Of a stretch of 64,000 bases of DNA, positions 10,901 through 20,533 are shown piece by piece (position 1 is the first letter of the stretch; each line of letters begins with the position of its first letter). The translations under genes were made by a program, and so were the position numbers. The notes below the pieces were generated by a model. That model was not told the DNA's origin. It saw only the letters and a list, made by a program, of their open reading frames with translations, and ran no database searches. The stretch is from Atribacterota bacterium (GTDB lineage: Bacteria > Atribacterota > Phoenicimicrobiia > Phoenicimicrobiales > Stramentimicrobiaceae): assembly GCA_040767965.1 (NCBI GenBank), contig JAXGNR010000009.1, positions 61,517 through 125,516 on the forward strand, read 5' to 3'.

Positions 10901-12019
10901 TTAATCATTGAGAGGCTTATGTTTTGTGTAAAGACAAATAGTGTAATGAGTAGCTATGCCAGCTAAAAATCCAAAAAACATATTTGTTACTAAAGCAACC
11001 AGGATAGTGGCCAGCATAGGAATTAAATTTTTGCTGGTCTTTACTTCTCTGGTGAATTTTAACAACTCCACTCCTACCATAAACATCATAGATCCAATAA
11101 TTGCCAATGGAAAAACTGAAAATAGACTGGCAATAGAGGCTGAAAGAAATAATCCAAGGAATATTTCTATCAATCCTTCCAGGATATTGGCACCACCAGT
11201 TCTGGCTCCAAAATAGTACTGACCTGCTAATCCACCTGCACCATGACAGGTAGGCATTCCACCCAAAAAAGGAAGGATTGTGTTCATAATTCCCTGGTTC
11301 CAGGCAAGTTGTTTTTCACTTACATTTTTTTCAGGCCAATATTTTTTAATCAAGGAAGATGTAGCAATGGTAGCATTTGTAGCTGTAAGTGGAACTTGTG
11401 CAAACCCAGCTAAGAGCAATGTCTGCCATACTTCTTTTATGGAAAAGGTAGTAAAAGAAGGCATAACCAGAGAAGGAGCACTAAGTTGGTCAAATTGTCC
11501 CTGTATCAGCATTATTAATAACCCGATTACCATTAATACAATTGCAGCTGGTGTATACCTGTTTTGCCTGAACAATAATACAATGATAATGGCAGCAATG
11601 CTGATAATCCAGTTTGTAGAGATCATTTTATAAGCTTGGAACATTAATAATATTCCCAGGGTTACTTGAATTCCCCGGATTACGGAATTTGGTGTTATTT
11701 TGGAGATTCGCTCAATAATCCCAGTTGTTGCAAGTAAAATCCATATTATCCCCATTCCAAACCCGGAGGCATAGACCATGGAAGGAGTCCATTGCTGTGC
11801 AATTGCCACAATAGCTATAATTTTCATAGGTTCTATGGGTACTGGAAGCCGGTAAACCAATCCGGTTACTATATTACATAAGCCCATCATCACCAAAAAA
11901 CTGGCTGGATCCAACCCGCAAACCACAATATAACCAATGGCTAAAGGTAAAAGGGTACCAAAATCTCCCATTGAACCTGCCAGTTCTCTCAGGTTAAATT
12001 CAAAGGATTTTATTCTCAT
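10901..12019 (-). CDS. MOT1-family molybdate transporter
   Basis: ELAGSMGDFGTLLP, PVPIEPMK and GGMPTCHGAGGLAGQYYFGAR are MOT1 signature motifs. Confidence 0.88.
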   Translation of the reverse strand: MRIKSFEFNLRELAGSMGDFGTLLPLAIGYIVVCGLDPASFLVMMGLCNIVTGLVYRLPVPIEPMKIIAIVAIAQQWTPSMVYASGFGMGIIWILLATTGIIERISKITPNSVIRGIQVTLGILLMFQAYKMISTNWIISIAAIIIVLLFRQNRYTPAAIVLMVIGLLIMLIQGQFDQLSAPSLVMPSFTTFSIKEVWQTLLLAGFAQVPLTATNATIATSSLIKKYWPEKNVSEKQLAWNQGIMNTILPFLGGMPTCHGAGGLAGQYYFGARTGGANILEGLIEIFLGLFLSASIASLFSVFPLAIIGSMMFMVGVELLKFTREVKTSKNLIPMLATILVALVTNMFFGFLAGIATHYTICLYTKHKPLND

Positions 12020-12132
12020 TTTTTATCTCCCCAAAATGATTTATTAGTATTGATTATAATAAATGTTTTTTAAATATAAAAAAAGATAAAAACTATTTTA
12101 TACTTTTTATTTTTTAAATTATATCGTTACAA

Positions 12133-12903
12133 CTAACAAACAACACTAACAACTCTTTTGGCTTCTTCAACATAGACTGTTTTAATAGAAAGTCCATATA
12201 AATTAGAAAGAGTTTCGGCATTGATTGTTTCTGCAGATTGTCCAACACCCAGGATCCCCTTACGATTGAGAATAGCAACTTTACCATTCAGAATAATAGC
12301 ATGTTCCGGATTATGTGTTGTCATAATTAATGCATACCCTTCATCAGCCAGTTGGCTAATCATCTGTACTGCACGGTGCTGATTACCATAATCTAAGTGA
12401 GCTGTGGGTTCGTCAAGCAAGATTATTTTTGGTTGTTGAGTGATTACTCTGGCAATTAACACCATTTGTCTTTCACCACCGGAAATTTCAGTATACGGTT
12501 TATCTCTGAGATGGGAAATACCGAGACGTTCCAGCGATTCATCAGCAATTCTATAATCTATTTTTCCAGGAGTTTTAAAAGCACCAATATAGGGAGTTCT
12601 ACCCATAACAGTAAATTCTCTGACTGTAAAGGCATAAGCAGGGATATGAATTTGTGGAACGTAACCAATTATCTGGGCAACATCACGAATATTCATCTTT
12701 GAAAGAGACTGTCCGTTTAATCGAATTTCACCCGATTTTGGTTTGTAAATATTTGCAATGCAGTTGAGAAGTGTTGATTTTCCACACCCGTTAGGACCTA
12801 ATATAGAGAGTATTTCACCATCATCTAGTTGAAAGCTAACATTTTGGAAAATTGATCGTCCGTTATGGTATTTAAAACTGAGATTATTTATTTCAAGAAG
12901 CAT
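12133..12903 (-). CDS. Type II ABC transporter ATPase (FecE/MolC-like)
   Basis: GPNGCGKST, ISGGERQ, LLDEPTAHLD. Confidence 0.92.
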   Translation of the reverse strand: MLLEINNLSFKYHNGRSIFQNVSFQLDDGEILSILGPNGCGKSTLLNCIANIYKPKSGEIRLNGQSLSKMNIRDVAQIIGYVPQIHIPAYAFTVREFTVMGRTPYIGAFKTPGKIDYRIADESLERLGISHLRDKPYTEISGGERQMVLIARVITQQPKIILLDEPTAHLDYGNQHRAVQMISQLADEGYALIMTTHNPEHAIILNGKVAILNRKGILGVGQSAETINAETLSNLYGLSIKTVYVEEAKRVVSVVC

Positions 12904-13988
12904 TATACCTGTCTCCTTTGTTTAAAAAGGATAAATATAAAAAAGGGAGCCCCGATTACTCCGGTCAAAATTCCAAGCATAAGCTCAGCTGAAGTAAGAG
13001 TTCTACATAATATATCTATGATAAGCATAAATATCCCTCCAAAAATCATAGCGATTGGTAGCATTTTTTTATTATCTGAACCAATAATCATTCTGGCAGT
13101 ATGTGGAATAACCAAACCAACCCATCCAACTGTACCTGATAGACAAACAGAACTTGCTGTGATTAAGGTAGAAGATACAATGAATATTCCGCGAGTGGTA
13201 CTGAGATTAATACCAAGCGTTTTTGCCTCATTATCACCCAGAGAGAGCACATTAAGTCTATATCTTAAAAGAATGATTATAATCATTGGCAGCAAAATTG
13301 TAGGTAATATAGGGATCATTGCATTAAAAGATACTTTGGCAAAAGAGCCCATCATCCAATAGGTAATTTCAGCTAATTGGGTGTCTGTATCTGCTACAAA
13401 TTTTAAAATATTCATTATTGAAGACATTAGACTACCAATAACTATTCCTGATAATACTAATACGATAGTAGACTGGTTTCGGATCAGTCTGGGTATGGTT
13501 ACAGTTATAGCCACAGCAATCAACCCACCGGCAAATGCGCTAAGTTGAATCAATGCACTATCTTGATTTAAAAGGATCGCGGTAGCAGCCCCTACAGAAG
13601 CACCAGCTGATACACCTAACAGGTCAGGAGATACCATTGGGTTTTTAAAAATACTTTGGTAGGTGGCTCCGGAAAGCGCCAATGCTGCTCCAATGATAAT
13701 GGCAGCAATTGTTCTAGGCAAACGCAGATTCATAACTACAGCCTCTTGAATGCTATCCCAATTGTTGTCCATCGTTAAAATTTTTGAAAAAACAATCCGG
13801 AAAGTTTCCCTAAAAGGCACAGTATATTGTCCTATTGCCAGTGATATTCCTAAAACTATAAATAATAAAGCCAGAGAAAACAAAAAAATGCCATGATACT
13901 TAAAGATATCAAATATATTTTTCTTTTCTAAAACAACCTCTCCATTTAAACTGGAGAGGTTGTTTCTGTTTTGATTTATCTTTTTCAT
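12903..13988 (-). CDS. FecCD/MolB-type ABC permease
   Basis: NLRLPR, FKNPMVSPDLLGVSAGA, GWVGLVIPH. Confidence 0.92.
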   Translation of the reverse strand: MKKINQNRNNLSSLNGEVVLEKKNIFDIFKYHGIFLFSLALLFIVLGISLAIGQYTVPFRETFRIVFSKILTMDNNWDSIQEAVVMNLRLPRTIAAIIIGAALALSGATYQSIFKNPMVSPDLLGVSAGASVGAATAILLNQDSALIQLSAFAGGLIAVAITVTIPRLIRNQSTIVLVLSGIVIGSLMSSIMNILKFVADTDTQLAEITYWMMGSFAKVSFNAMIPILPTILLPMIIIILLRYRLNVLSLGDNEAKTLGINLSTTRGIFIVSSTLITASSVCLSGTVGWVGLVIPHTARMIIGSDNKKMLPIAMIFGGIFMLIIDILCRTLTSAELMLGILTGVIGAPFFIFILFKQRRQV

Positions 13989-14013
13989 TTATATTAATAA
14001 TAAGTTGTTTATT

Positions 14014-15132
14014 TTACTGTACTGGAAATTCAGCTGAGCCATCAGGACGAAGACCATCAAGCATATATTCTGCCTGTGTCTGTGTTAGCTCATAGCCAGT
14101 ATATATGCTATAAAAATCCCTGATTTCTTCAATCATTGCTTTTCTGTTAATAACGTTTACCCAGGCAATTTCAGGTTGGATGCGCATCAGAGCATAGTGG
14201 ATTTGTAGTTGACTTTCCAGCCCAAAACGGTCCCAGTTAAAACAACCATAAGGGTTTGTGTATAATCTTTCATTAGATAAAGCCTTTAAATCTTTCCAGC
14301 CATCAGTGCTTTCCAGAACGTTTTTATTTATATGCTGATAAACACCTGCACATATTATTACATCAGGATTTAAATCCCAGATAGCCTCTGGAGTTACTTC
14401 TCCGGAGCTTAGCTTCATTACCTCCGCAGCATTATTACCTCCTGCAGATTCGATCCAATCAGAAATGATACTTCCTGCAGCCATAGTAGTGGTTACACTA
14501 TCTGTTTGCCCAGCAATGTAATAGACGACCGGGCGATCATTTTCTGCCAGACCTGAAGTTACCTTTCTTATCCCGGATAATTTGCTTTCAACTGCAGAAC
14601 ACCAATGATTAAGTTTTTCCTGATATTCCCCCCCAAGCACTTCACCAAGGACAGTGTATGCCTTAACCATACTTTCATAGTCACTGAAATTGATATTTAT
14701 AGCAGGAATACCAACATCACGAATTTGTTGAGCAAGACCGCTGGCTGCAGTGGTTGGATGTATGATAACCAGATCAGGTTCTAAGTTTATCAGATTTTCA
14801 ATTGCTGGAGTTATACCTCCCAGAGCGGGAATATTGACACAATCCGGATAAAAAAGTTGGGTCCAGGAGTTCATTGTTCCCGGATTGTTGACAGCCAGTC
14901 CAACTATTAGATCCCCAGCTCCCATTACAAAAAATGAGGATGTTCCTGCCGGCCATAAGTTAACAATTCTCTTAATTTCACCGGTTATGGTTACTGTATC
15001 ACCACTCATATCCGTAACTGTAACTGTTTTATCAGCAGCGACAGAATTTATAACGGAAAACGCAATTGCAGTAAAGAAAATAAGTAGCAAAGCAAGTGTT
15101 TTAATTGTGATAGTGGTTTTTTTTGTTTTCAT
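14014..15132 (-). CDS. Class III (FecB/BtuF/MolA-like) periplasmic binding protein
   Basis: Signal peptide from ATG 15132 (RBS aggag), VTVTDMSG, ENLINLEPDLVI, WDLNPDVII. Confidence 0.85.
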   Translation of the reverse strand: MKTKKTTITIKTLALLLIFFTAIAFSVINSVAADKTVTVTDMSGDTVTITGEIKRIVNLWPAGTSSFFVMGAGDLIVGLAVNNPGTMNSWTQLFYPDCVNIPALGGITPAIENLINLEPDLVIIHPTTAASGLAQQIRDVGIPAININFSDYESMVKAYTVLGEVLGGEYQEKLNHWCSAVESKLSGIRKVTSGLAENDRPVVYYIAGQTDSVTTTMAAGSIISDWIESAGGNNAAEVMKLSSGEVTPEAIWDLNPDVIICAGVYQHINKNVLESTDGWKDLKALSNERLYTNPYGCFNWDRFGLESQLQIHYALMRIQPEIAWVNVINRKAMIEEIRDFYSIYTGYELTQTQAEYMLDGLRPDGSAEFPVQ

Positions 15133-15247
15133 TATATTACTTCTCCTTTTTATTGTTATATTCATCATATATTTTGATTATAAATAAATATTATTTAATA
15201 GACTAAATAAATCATATTAAGCATATTAAATATAAATATTACAGAAT

Positions 15248-16558
15248 TTATTCTAAAGGATCTTTGCCAAATATTTCACTGCGTGGTAAAAAGCCGGCAG
15301 CTTCTTTATCTATTTCCAAAAACATTCTGGTAAATTCTTTTGCGGCCTCTTTGTGCAATGCAGCCCTTGGAATTGTTAAAGCATGAGCAATAGGTGTAGC
15401 TATTACAGATGTATTTTCATCTATGGCAAAAGTAACCCGGGCATATTTTTCAGCCAAAGAAGGATTGGCAAGATTCATTATTTCTGGTAGCTCTGCATAG
15501 TTTTTACCAAATACTTTGACTGCTGAACGATACATAAAAAGATATTTAGCCTGTTTTTGATTACCAAATAGACCAGGATTTTTTTCCATACCGATATGAC
15601 CTGGATGATTCATCAGGCGATTTGTAAGTCCTGGTTTGTAATAATCTGCCAGCAGCATTGTCATTACAGCTCGATAACCGCTGGGGTCACCATAGGGATT
15701 GCCATGTTTGAATGTTGCATCTTCAGCAAGCAATTTTTCTTCCCAATTATCATTGTCTATATCTTCTCCTATTATTACCATTTCATTACCTGCCCAGATG
15801 CGGTATCCTTCAGCATAATCAGGCATCATCATAGAATTTATTATAGTATCATCCGCTGAAATCAATAGATCGCATGCTTTTCCACTTATGCAATCACGTA
15901 TAAGATCTACTGATCCACCAGGTGTATAAATAACAGGCAGTTCAGGATGTAATTCATTCCATTTTTCAACAATAGTTTTTACCAGTCCCATTGATACACC
16001 TGCACAAAATACATTTAGTCTATAAGGGGCAAGTTCTGCTTCAAGTGAGGAGAGGGCTTCTGCTTTTTCTTTACGAACATCAGTAACTTTTTGGGCCAGT
16101 ATACCTAAAAAATTACGCAGCATAATACCTTGTGGTTTACTATATTTTTCTCCATAATACCTGGTAACCATTTCTCCGCTCATTCGCAACAGGTAAAGGT
16201 CAAATGTCTCATTTTTTGGTCCACCAGGGGGAGGACCTTTGATTTTTATTCTGGGAGCTCTACTCTTGTTCATTTCAGATAAACAAGGAATTTCTCCCAT
16301 CATCATGCCCGGCTCAGTAGGTTTAGGCATATTGTATTGATCTAATCTGGGTTCTAAAAGTTCAAGTGGTTTTCCTTTAAGCACTACACAAAACATGCCT
16401 TCATTTATATCAATTGGCAAAGTTTTATATTGACCAGCTTCCCGACGTACCATTTCAGGTTTCATCACCTCTAACAGCGAGATCAGTTCTTCTTCATCGA
16501 TATTTTGAAACAGAGTCATGGTTTTTAATTCAGGTAGAAAATCCCGATAATTTAACAT
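15248..16558 (-). CDS. Fusion of a Crp/cNMP-binding-like domain and a WtpA/ModA-like tungstate/molybdate-binding domain; no signal peptide
   Basis: N-terminal LFQNIDEEELISLL..GMMMGE..MLRNFLGILAQK; C-terminal GGSVDLIR, DLLISAD, DPSGYR, YRSA, LPEIMNL, PIAHALTIP. Confidence 0.7.
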   Translation of the reverse strand: MLNYRDFLPELKTMTLFQNIDEEELISLLEVMKPEMVRREAGQYKTLPIDINEGMFCVVLKGKPLELLEPRLDQYNMPKPTEPGMMMGEIPCLSEMNKSRAPRIKIKGPPPGGPKNETFDLYLLRMSGEMVTRYYGEKYSKPQGIMLRNFLGILAQKVTDVRKEKAEALSSLEAELAPYRLNVFCAGVSMGLVKTIVEKWNELHPELPVIYTPGGSVDLIRDCISGKACDLLISADDTIINSMMMPDYAEGYRIWAGNEMVIIGEDIDNDNWEEKLLAEDATFKHGNPYGDPSGYRAVMTMLLADYYKPGLTNRLMNHPGHIGMEKNPGLFGNQKQAKYLFMYRSAVKVFGKNYAELPEIMNLANPSLAEKYARVTFAIDENTSVIATPIAHALTIPRAALHKEAAKEFTRMFLEIDKEAAGFLPRSEIFGKDPLE

Positions 16559-16600
16559 ATTACCTCCTGAACATATATTTTATGTATTTGTTTTAAAAAT

Positions 16601-16655
16601 AAAAAAAACGCCTTGGAAAGGCGTTATAAAAAAAGCTGTACAGAATACAGCCTTT
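16601..16655 (-). terminator. Two tandem intrinsic terminators forming the riboswitch expression platform
   Basis: Minus strand ggctgta-ttctg-tacagc-T7 and aacgcctt-tcc-aaggcgtt-Ts; the second contains cctttccaa, complementary to ttggaaagg of the aptamer. Confidence 0.75.
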
Positions 16656-16659
16656 AAAA

Positions 16660-16766
16660 TGTTTCCTTTCCAAATGGGAGGCATGGTGGCTAATCCGTGC
16701 CCTCGAATACAGTTTTTTCTGTATTACCGTTTGGCAATTCCATTTCCAATTGCCAAATCGGAAACA
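16660..16766 (-). promoter_or_regulatory. Moco/Tuco riboswitch, variant
   Basis: Minus strand tgtttccga ... agggc ... gcctcccatttggaaaggaaaca carries the conserved Moco core; sits upstream of Mo/W transport genes. Confidence 0.75.
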
Positions 16767-17119
16767 AACAATATTTATATTTTATAAGTTATATCAAACT
16801 ACATATTGATTATGTTATCAAAAATAGAAATTAATAAACTAATAGGAATGCTAACATCTTTTATTTGTCAAGTCAAGCCCTTTTTATTAGAAGTAACTAC
16901 TGGCTATTAGGCTATTTTAAAATCATTTAAAGAAATCTATCTGAGAATTTTAAAAAAGGTTACAGTTAGCATTGACATATTATTTAATGCTAATTTTTAT
17001 TTGGGCTAAGCCAAATGTAGAATAATATAAATTCTTATAGATAATAATATTAGAATTAATTTTTTATTTCAAATATGTTAAACTTAAACATTTAAGAAAA
17101 ATAGAAAGGATAAAAAATA

Positions 17120-17920
17120 ATGACAAAATTATTGATAACCGGACCAAAAGGCAATATGGGTCAGGAGATAGTTCGAGTTGCCTACAATAGATCTGAAATA
17201 GAGATTGTAGGGGGAGTAGGACCTGCGGGCAGGGATTATATAGGTAAAGATTTAGGAGTTTTATCAGGTTTAGGGCAAGAAATTAATGCAAAGGTATATG
17301 ATGACATAAATAGCATAATTGGACTTTGTGATGTTGTAGTTGATTGTACAAATCCGGAGGTTACTATTAAAATTTTAAAAAGCTGCCTTGAAAATGGCAA
17401 AGCTCTGGTCACGGGAACTACGGGATTTTCAGACCAGGATAAGAAAATATTAAAGGATGCAAGTAAACAGATACCCGTTTTGGTTGCTTCAAATACATCA
17501 AGAAAAGCTCATATTTTTTTCGATCTTATAAAAAAATTGAGCAAAAAAACAGGCAGAGAAGCTGATATTGATATAGTGGAAATGCATGAGAATAAAAAAT
17601 TGGATGCTCCCAGTGGTACTGCCAAAGAAATTGCTGCAATGATTGCTGCTGAATTAGATTTAGATCTGAGTCAGGCAGTTGAATATGGGAGAAAAGGGAA
17701 AGGAATTAGAAAATCTAATTCTATTTGCTTTCACTCTATCAGGAGTGGTAATTATCCAACTTCCCATCGAGTAATTTTTGGTTATCAAAATGAAAAAATA
17801 GAATTGCACTTTGATGGATACAACATGAATTCCTGTGCTGAAGGAATTGTGGATGCTGTCTCCTATATAAGTGATAAGAAACCAGGATTTTATAGAATAG
17901 AGGATGTTTTTAATTTATAA
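17120..17920 (+). CDS. dapB: 4-hydroxy-tetrahydrodipicolinate reductase-like protein (divergent)
   Basis: GPKGNMG, VTGTTGF, KLDAPSGTA. Confidence 0.75.
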   Translation: MTKLLITGPKGNMGQEIVRVAYNRSEIEIVGGVGPAGRDYIGKDLGVLSGLGQEINAKVYDDINSIIGLCDVVVDCTNPEVTIKILKSCLENGKALVTGTTGFSDQDKKILKDASKQIPVLVASNTSRKAHIFFDLIKKLSKKTGREADIDIVEMHENKKLDAPSGTAKEIAAMIAAELDLDLSQAVEYGRKGKGIRKSNSICFHSIRSGNYPTSHRVIFGYQNEKIELHFDGYNMNSCAEGIVDAVSYISDKKPGFYRIEDVFNL

Positions 17921-18124
17921 AATGCTTGACATGGTTTAATTAATAAACTAGTATATTCAAAAATATTATAAAAACAGCGCTTTATTTTACAAATAAGTTT
18001 TCGCATTTTAAAAACATGGAAATAAAAAGTTTACCAAAGAGAAATTATTAATTATATTAGAAATATTTAAAAGATAAAAAAATAAGCTGTTTTCCAGAAA
18101 GTATACAGTAAAGGAGCAAGATAA

Positions 18125-18313
18125 ATGAGATATGATGATTGGTATGTTAATTTACCTTTCTATAAAAAGTTAAATATACAAGATGAATTTAATTTTAATA
18201 ACTGGGGAATATTAACTGAAAGTCAGAAGAATAATGTTTATAACGCAATGCTGTATGAACTTTATATTGATGGACCAGTAGAATTCTACCAGGAAGAGGA
18301 ATGGGAAGAATAA
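18125..18313 (+). CDS. Small acidic hypothetical protein
   Basis: RBS aaggag 5' of the ATG; 62 aa; no recognisable motif. Confidence 0.45.
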   Translation: MRYDDWYVNLPFYKKLNIQDEFNFNNWGILTESQKNNVYNAMLYELYIDGPVEFYQEEEWEE

Positions 18314-18703
18314 CTGATATTGAGCTTATTTAACAGATAATATGAAAAAATTCTCTCCATATTTTTCAAAACAATAAAGATAATAAAAAAGCAATAGAAC
18401 AATATTGTATTGATTATCCAACCAATTTTACAACTACAAGTATTTTTTATATTAGAATATAAATATCCCGAAATTCCCGATTTATAATATATCAAAATAT
18501 TTTTAAATTACTCCTGGAAAGCTGATTAGATCTGAGGAAATTAATCATAATTTTATTAACTATAAATAAAATATTAAATCACCATATTATCACCATATTT
18601 ATTAGTATTGGCTAGTATTGGCTAAATAAGATATTTAATTAAATGATATAATGTTTTTATAGAATATTAAAGTTGATAAATTATTGAATTCGGATATCAA
18701 GAG

Positions 18704-20053
18704 GTGAATTTAATGAAAATTATTATTATCGGCGCTGGCAAAGTAGGTATCCAAATAGCTAAAACTCTTTCTCTGGAAGATAATGATATTACCATAATAG
18801 ATCAGAAAGAAAATATCAGACAGGAGATAGATGATACTATTGATATTATGGCAGTTGTTGGTAATGGAGCTGATGTAGATGTTTTGGAAAGCGCAGGTAT
18901 TAAAGAGGCGGAAATGCTTATTGCGGTAACTCAATCTGATGAAATCAATATAATAGCATGCATGATGGCTCAGCAATATGGAGTAGCTAAAAAAATTGCC
19001 CGAATCAGAAAAAGAGAATATTTAAACAAAAAATTTCTTTCTAAAGAGAAGCTGGGCATAGATTATATTATTAATCCTGAACTGGTTACAGTAAATGAAA
19101 TTGTTAAACTTCTAAATACCCCTGCCAATGTCAGTGAAGTGCTTGATATTGCAAATGGTGAGATTTCTCTTTTTGGAATGAAAATTGAAGAGGATTGTCA
19201 ATGTACAAGCGAAAAGATTAAAAATATTCCTTTTGGAGAAGGTACTTTGATGGTATCTATTTATCGCGGCAATAAGTTAATTATTCCGGATGGAGAAGAA
19301 AAATTGTTAGTAGATGACAGAATATACGTATTAATGAAAAAAGGCAGATACAATGATTTACAATTATTCTGTAAAAATAAAACCTGTGTCTTAAAAAATG
19401 TTATTATCTTTGGCGGAAGCAATATTGGCATTCAGATTGCTTCTTTATTGAGCAAAGCCGGGATTATTACCAAAATAATTGAAATTAATAAGCAAAAATG
19501 TGAGGAAATATCTGAAATCTTACCAGATACGTTAATTATTAATGGAGATGGCACTAATATAGATTTACTCAAAGAAGAAAATATCGACACAGTTGATGGA
19601 TTTGTGGCTGTAACCGGTTACGATGAAGAAAATCTATTGGTATCTTTACTGGCAAAACATCTTGGCAGTAATAAAGTTATTGCAAAAATCAGCAGAGCTA
19701 ACTATATTCCTATTTTAAAAAAAATCGGCATTGATGCAGTGGTTAATCAGCAATTAACAACTACTTCGGCTATATTAGATATCTTAAAAAAAGAAGAAGG
19801 AAACTATGTTGCTTTATTAAAAGAGGGTGAATCTGAAATTGCAGAATTAGTTGCTCAAAAAAGAAGTAGAATTCTTAATAAGTCTTTAGATAGAACAAAT
19901 CTTCCCAAAAATACAATTATTGGAGCAATTATCAGAAATGAAGAAGTTTTTGTTCCTCATGGGGACGATTTCATTGAAGAAGGGGATAGGGTAATATTAT
20001 TCACTAAATCTGCAGAAATTAAACAAATAGAGCAGCTTTTTTATGAAAGATGA
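18704..20053 (+). CDS. trkA: Trk potassium uptake NAD-binding subunit
   Basis: Two RCK_N/RCK_C repeats, IIGAGKVG, INPE. Confidence 0.92.
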   Translation: MNLMKIIIIGAGKVGIQIAKTLSLEDNDITIIDQKENIRQEIDDTIDIMAVVGNGADVDVLESAGIKEAEMLIAVTQSDEINIIACMMAQQYGVAKKIARIRKREYLNKKFLSKEKLGIDYIINPELVTVNEIVKLLNTPANVSEVLDIANGEISLFGMKIEEDCQCTSEKIKNIPFGEGTLMVSIYRGNKLIIPDGEEKLLVDDRIYVLMKKGRYNDLQLFCKNKTCVLKNVIIFGGSNIGIQIASLLSKAGIITKIIEINKQKCEEISEILPDTLIINGDGTNIDLLKEENIDTVDGFVAVTGYDEENLLVSLLAKHLGSNKVIAKISRANYIPILKKIGIDAVVNQQLTTTSAILDILKKEEGNYVALLKEGESEIAELVAQKRSRILNKSLDRTNLPKNTIIGAIIRNEEVFVPHGDDFIEEGDRVILFTKSAEIKQIEQLFYER

Positions 20054-20121
20054 TAGAATTTAAATCTATTTTTTAAAATACGACTAGAGAATAAGGGAAA
20101 AATGTAACAGGAGGATGTTAA

Positions 20122-20451
20122 ATGTCAGAAAGAAGCAGAGTCAGAATTACTGTGGCAAAAATGTTAAGTACTGATGATGTATTTGGTGATAATCGTGAAC
20201 AGGAAACCATTGATGATTATGTAACCAAATGTCCTAAATTCCAGGAAGGACAGGAATTTATCGTGGAAAAGAATCTTGAAAAACCAGATAATTTTTGCAG
20301 CTGGGCCTGGAATGATATTCAAAGAGATGTAGTGGTGTTGAGTTTTGGAGGTAAATTCCCCTGGATGAAAGATAATTTATCTGTCAATTATAGCTGCTGC
20401 ACAGATGGATTAAGACCGGTTGTTTTCAGACTGGAAAAAATTGAGGAATAA
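20122..20451 (+). CDS. TIGR04076-family Cys-rich protein
   Basis: CPKF, FCSWAW, CCTDGLRPVVFRLE. Confidence 0.85.
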   Translation: MSERSRVRITVAKMLSTDDVFGDNREQETIDDYVTKCPKFQEGQEFIVEKNLEKPDNFCSWAWNDIQRDVVVLSFGGKFPWMKDNLSVNYSCCTDGLRPVVFRLEKIEE

Positions 20452-20533
20452 CTAACCAGAAGAATCTTTTTATGGATTAATAAAAAATATTAATAGATTA
20501 CAAGGGAGGGGGAATTTCCGAAAGAGATCCTCT

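Noticed and set aside
18579-18625. Short tandem duplications (tcaccatatt x2, tagtattggc x2)
   Set aside because: Two-copy repeats in AT-rich DNA; cannot be distinguished from slippage
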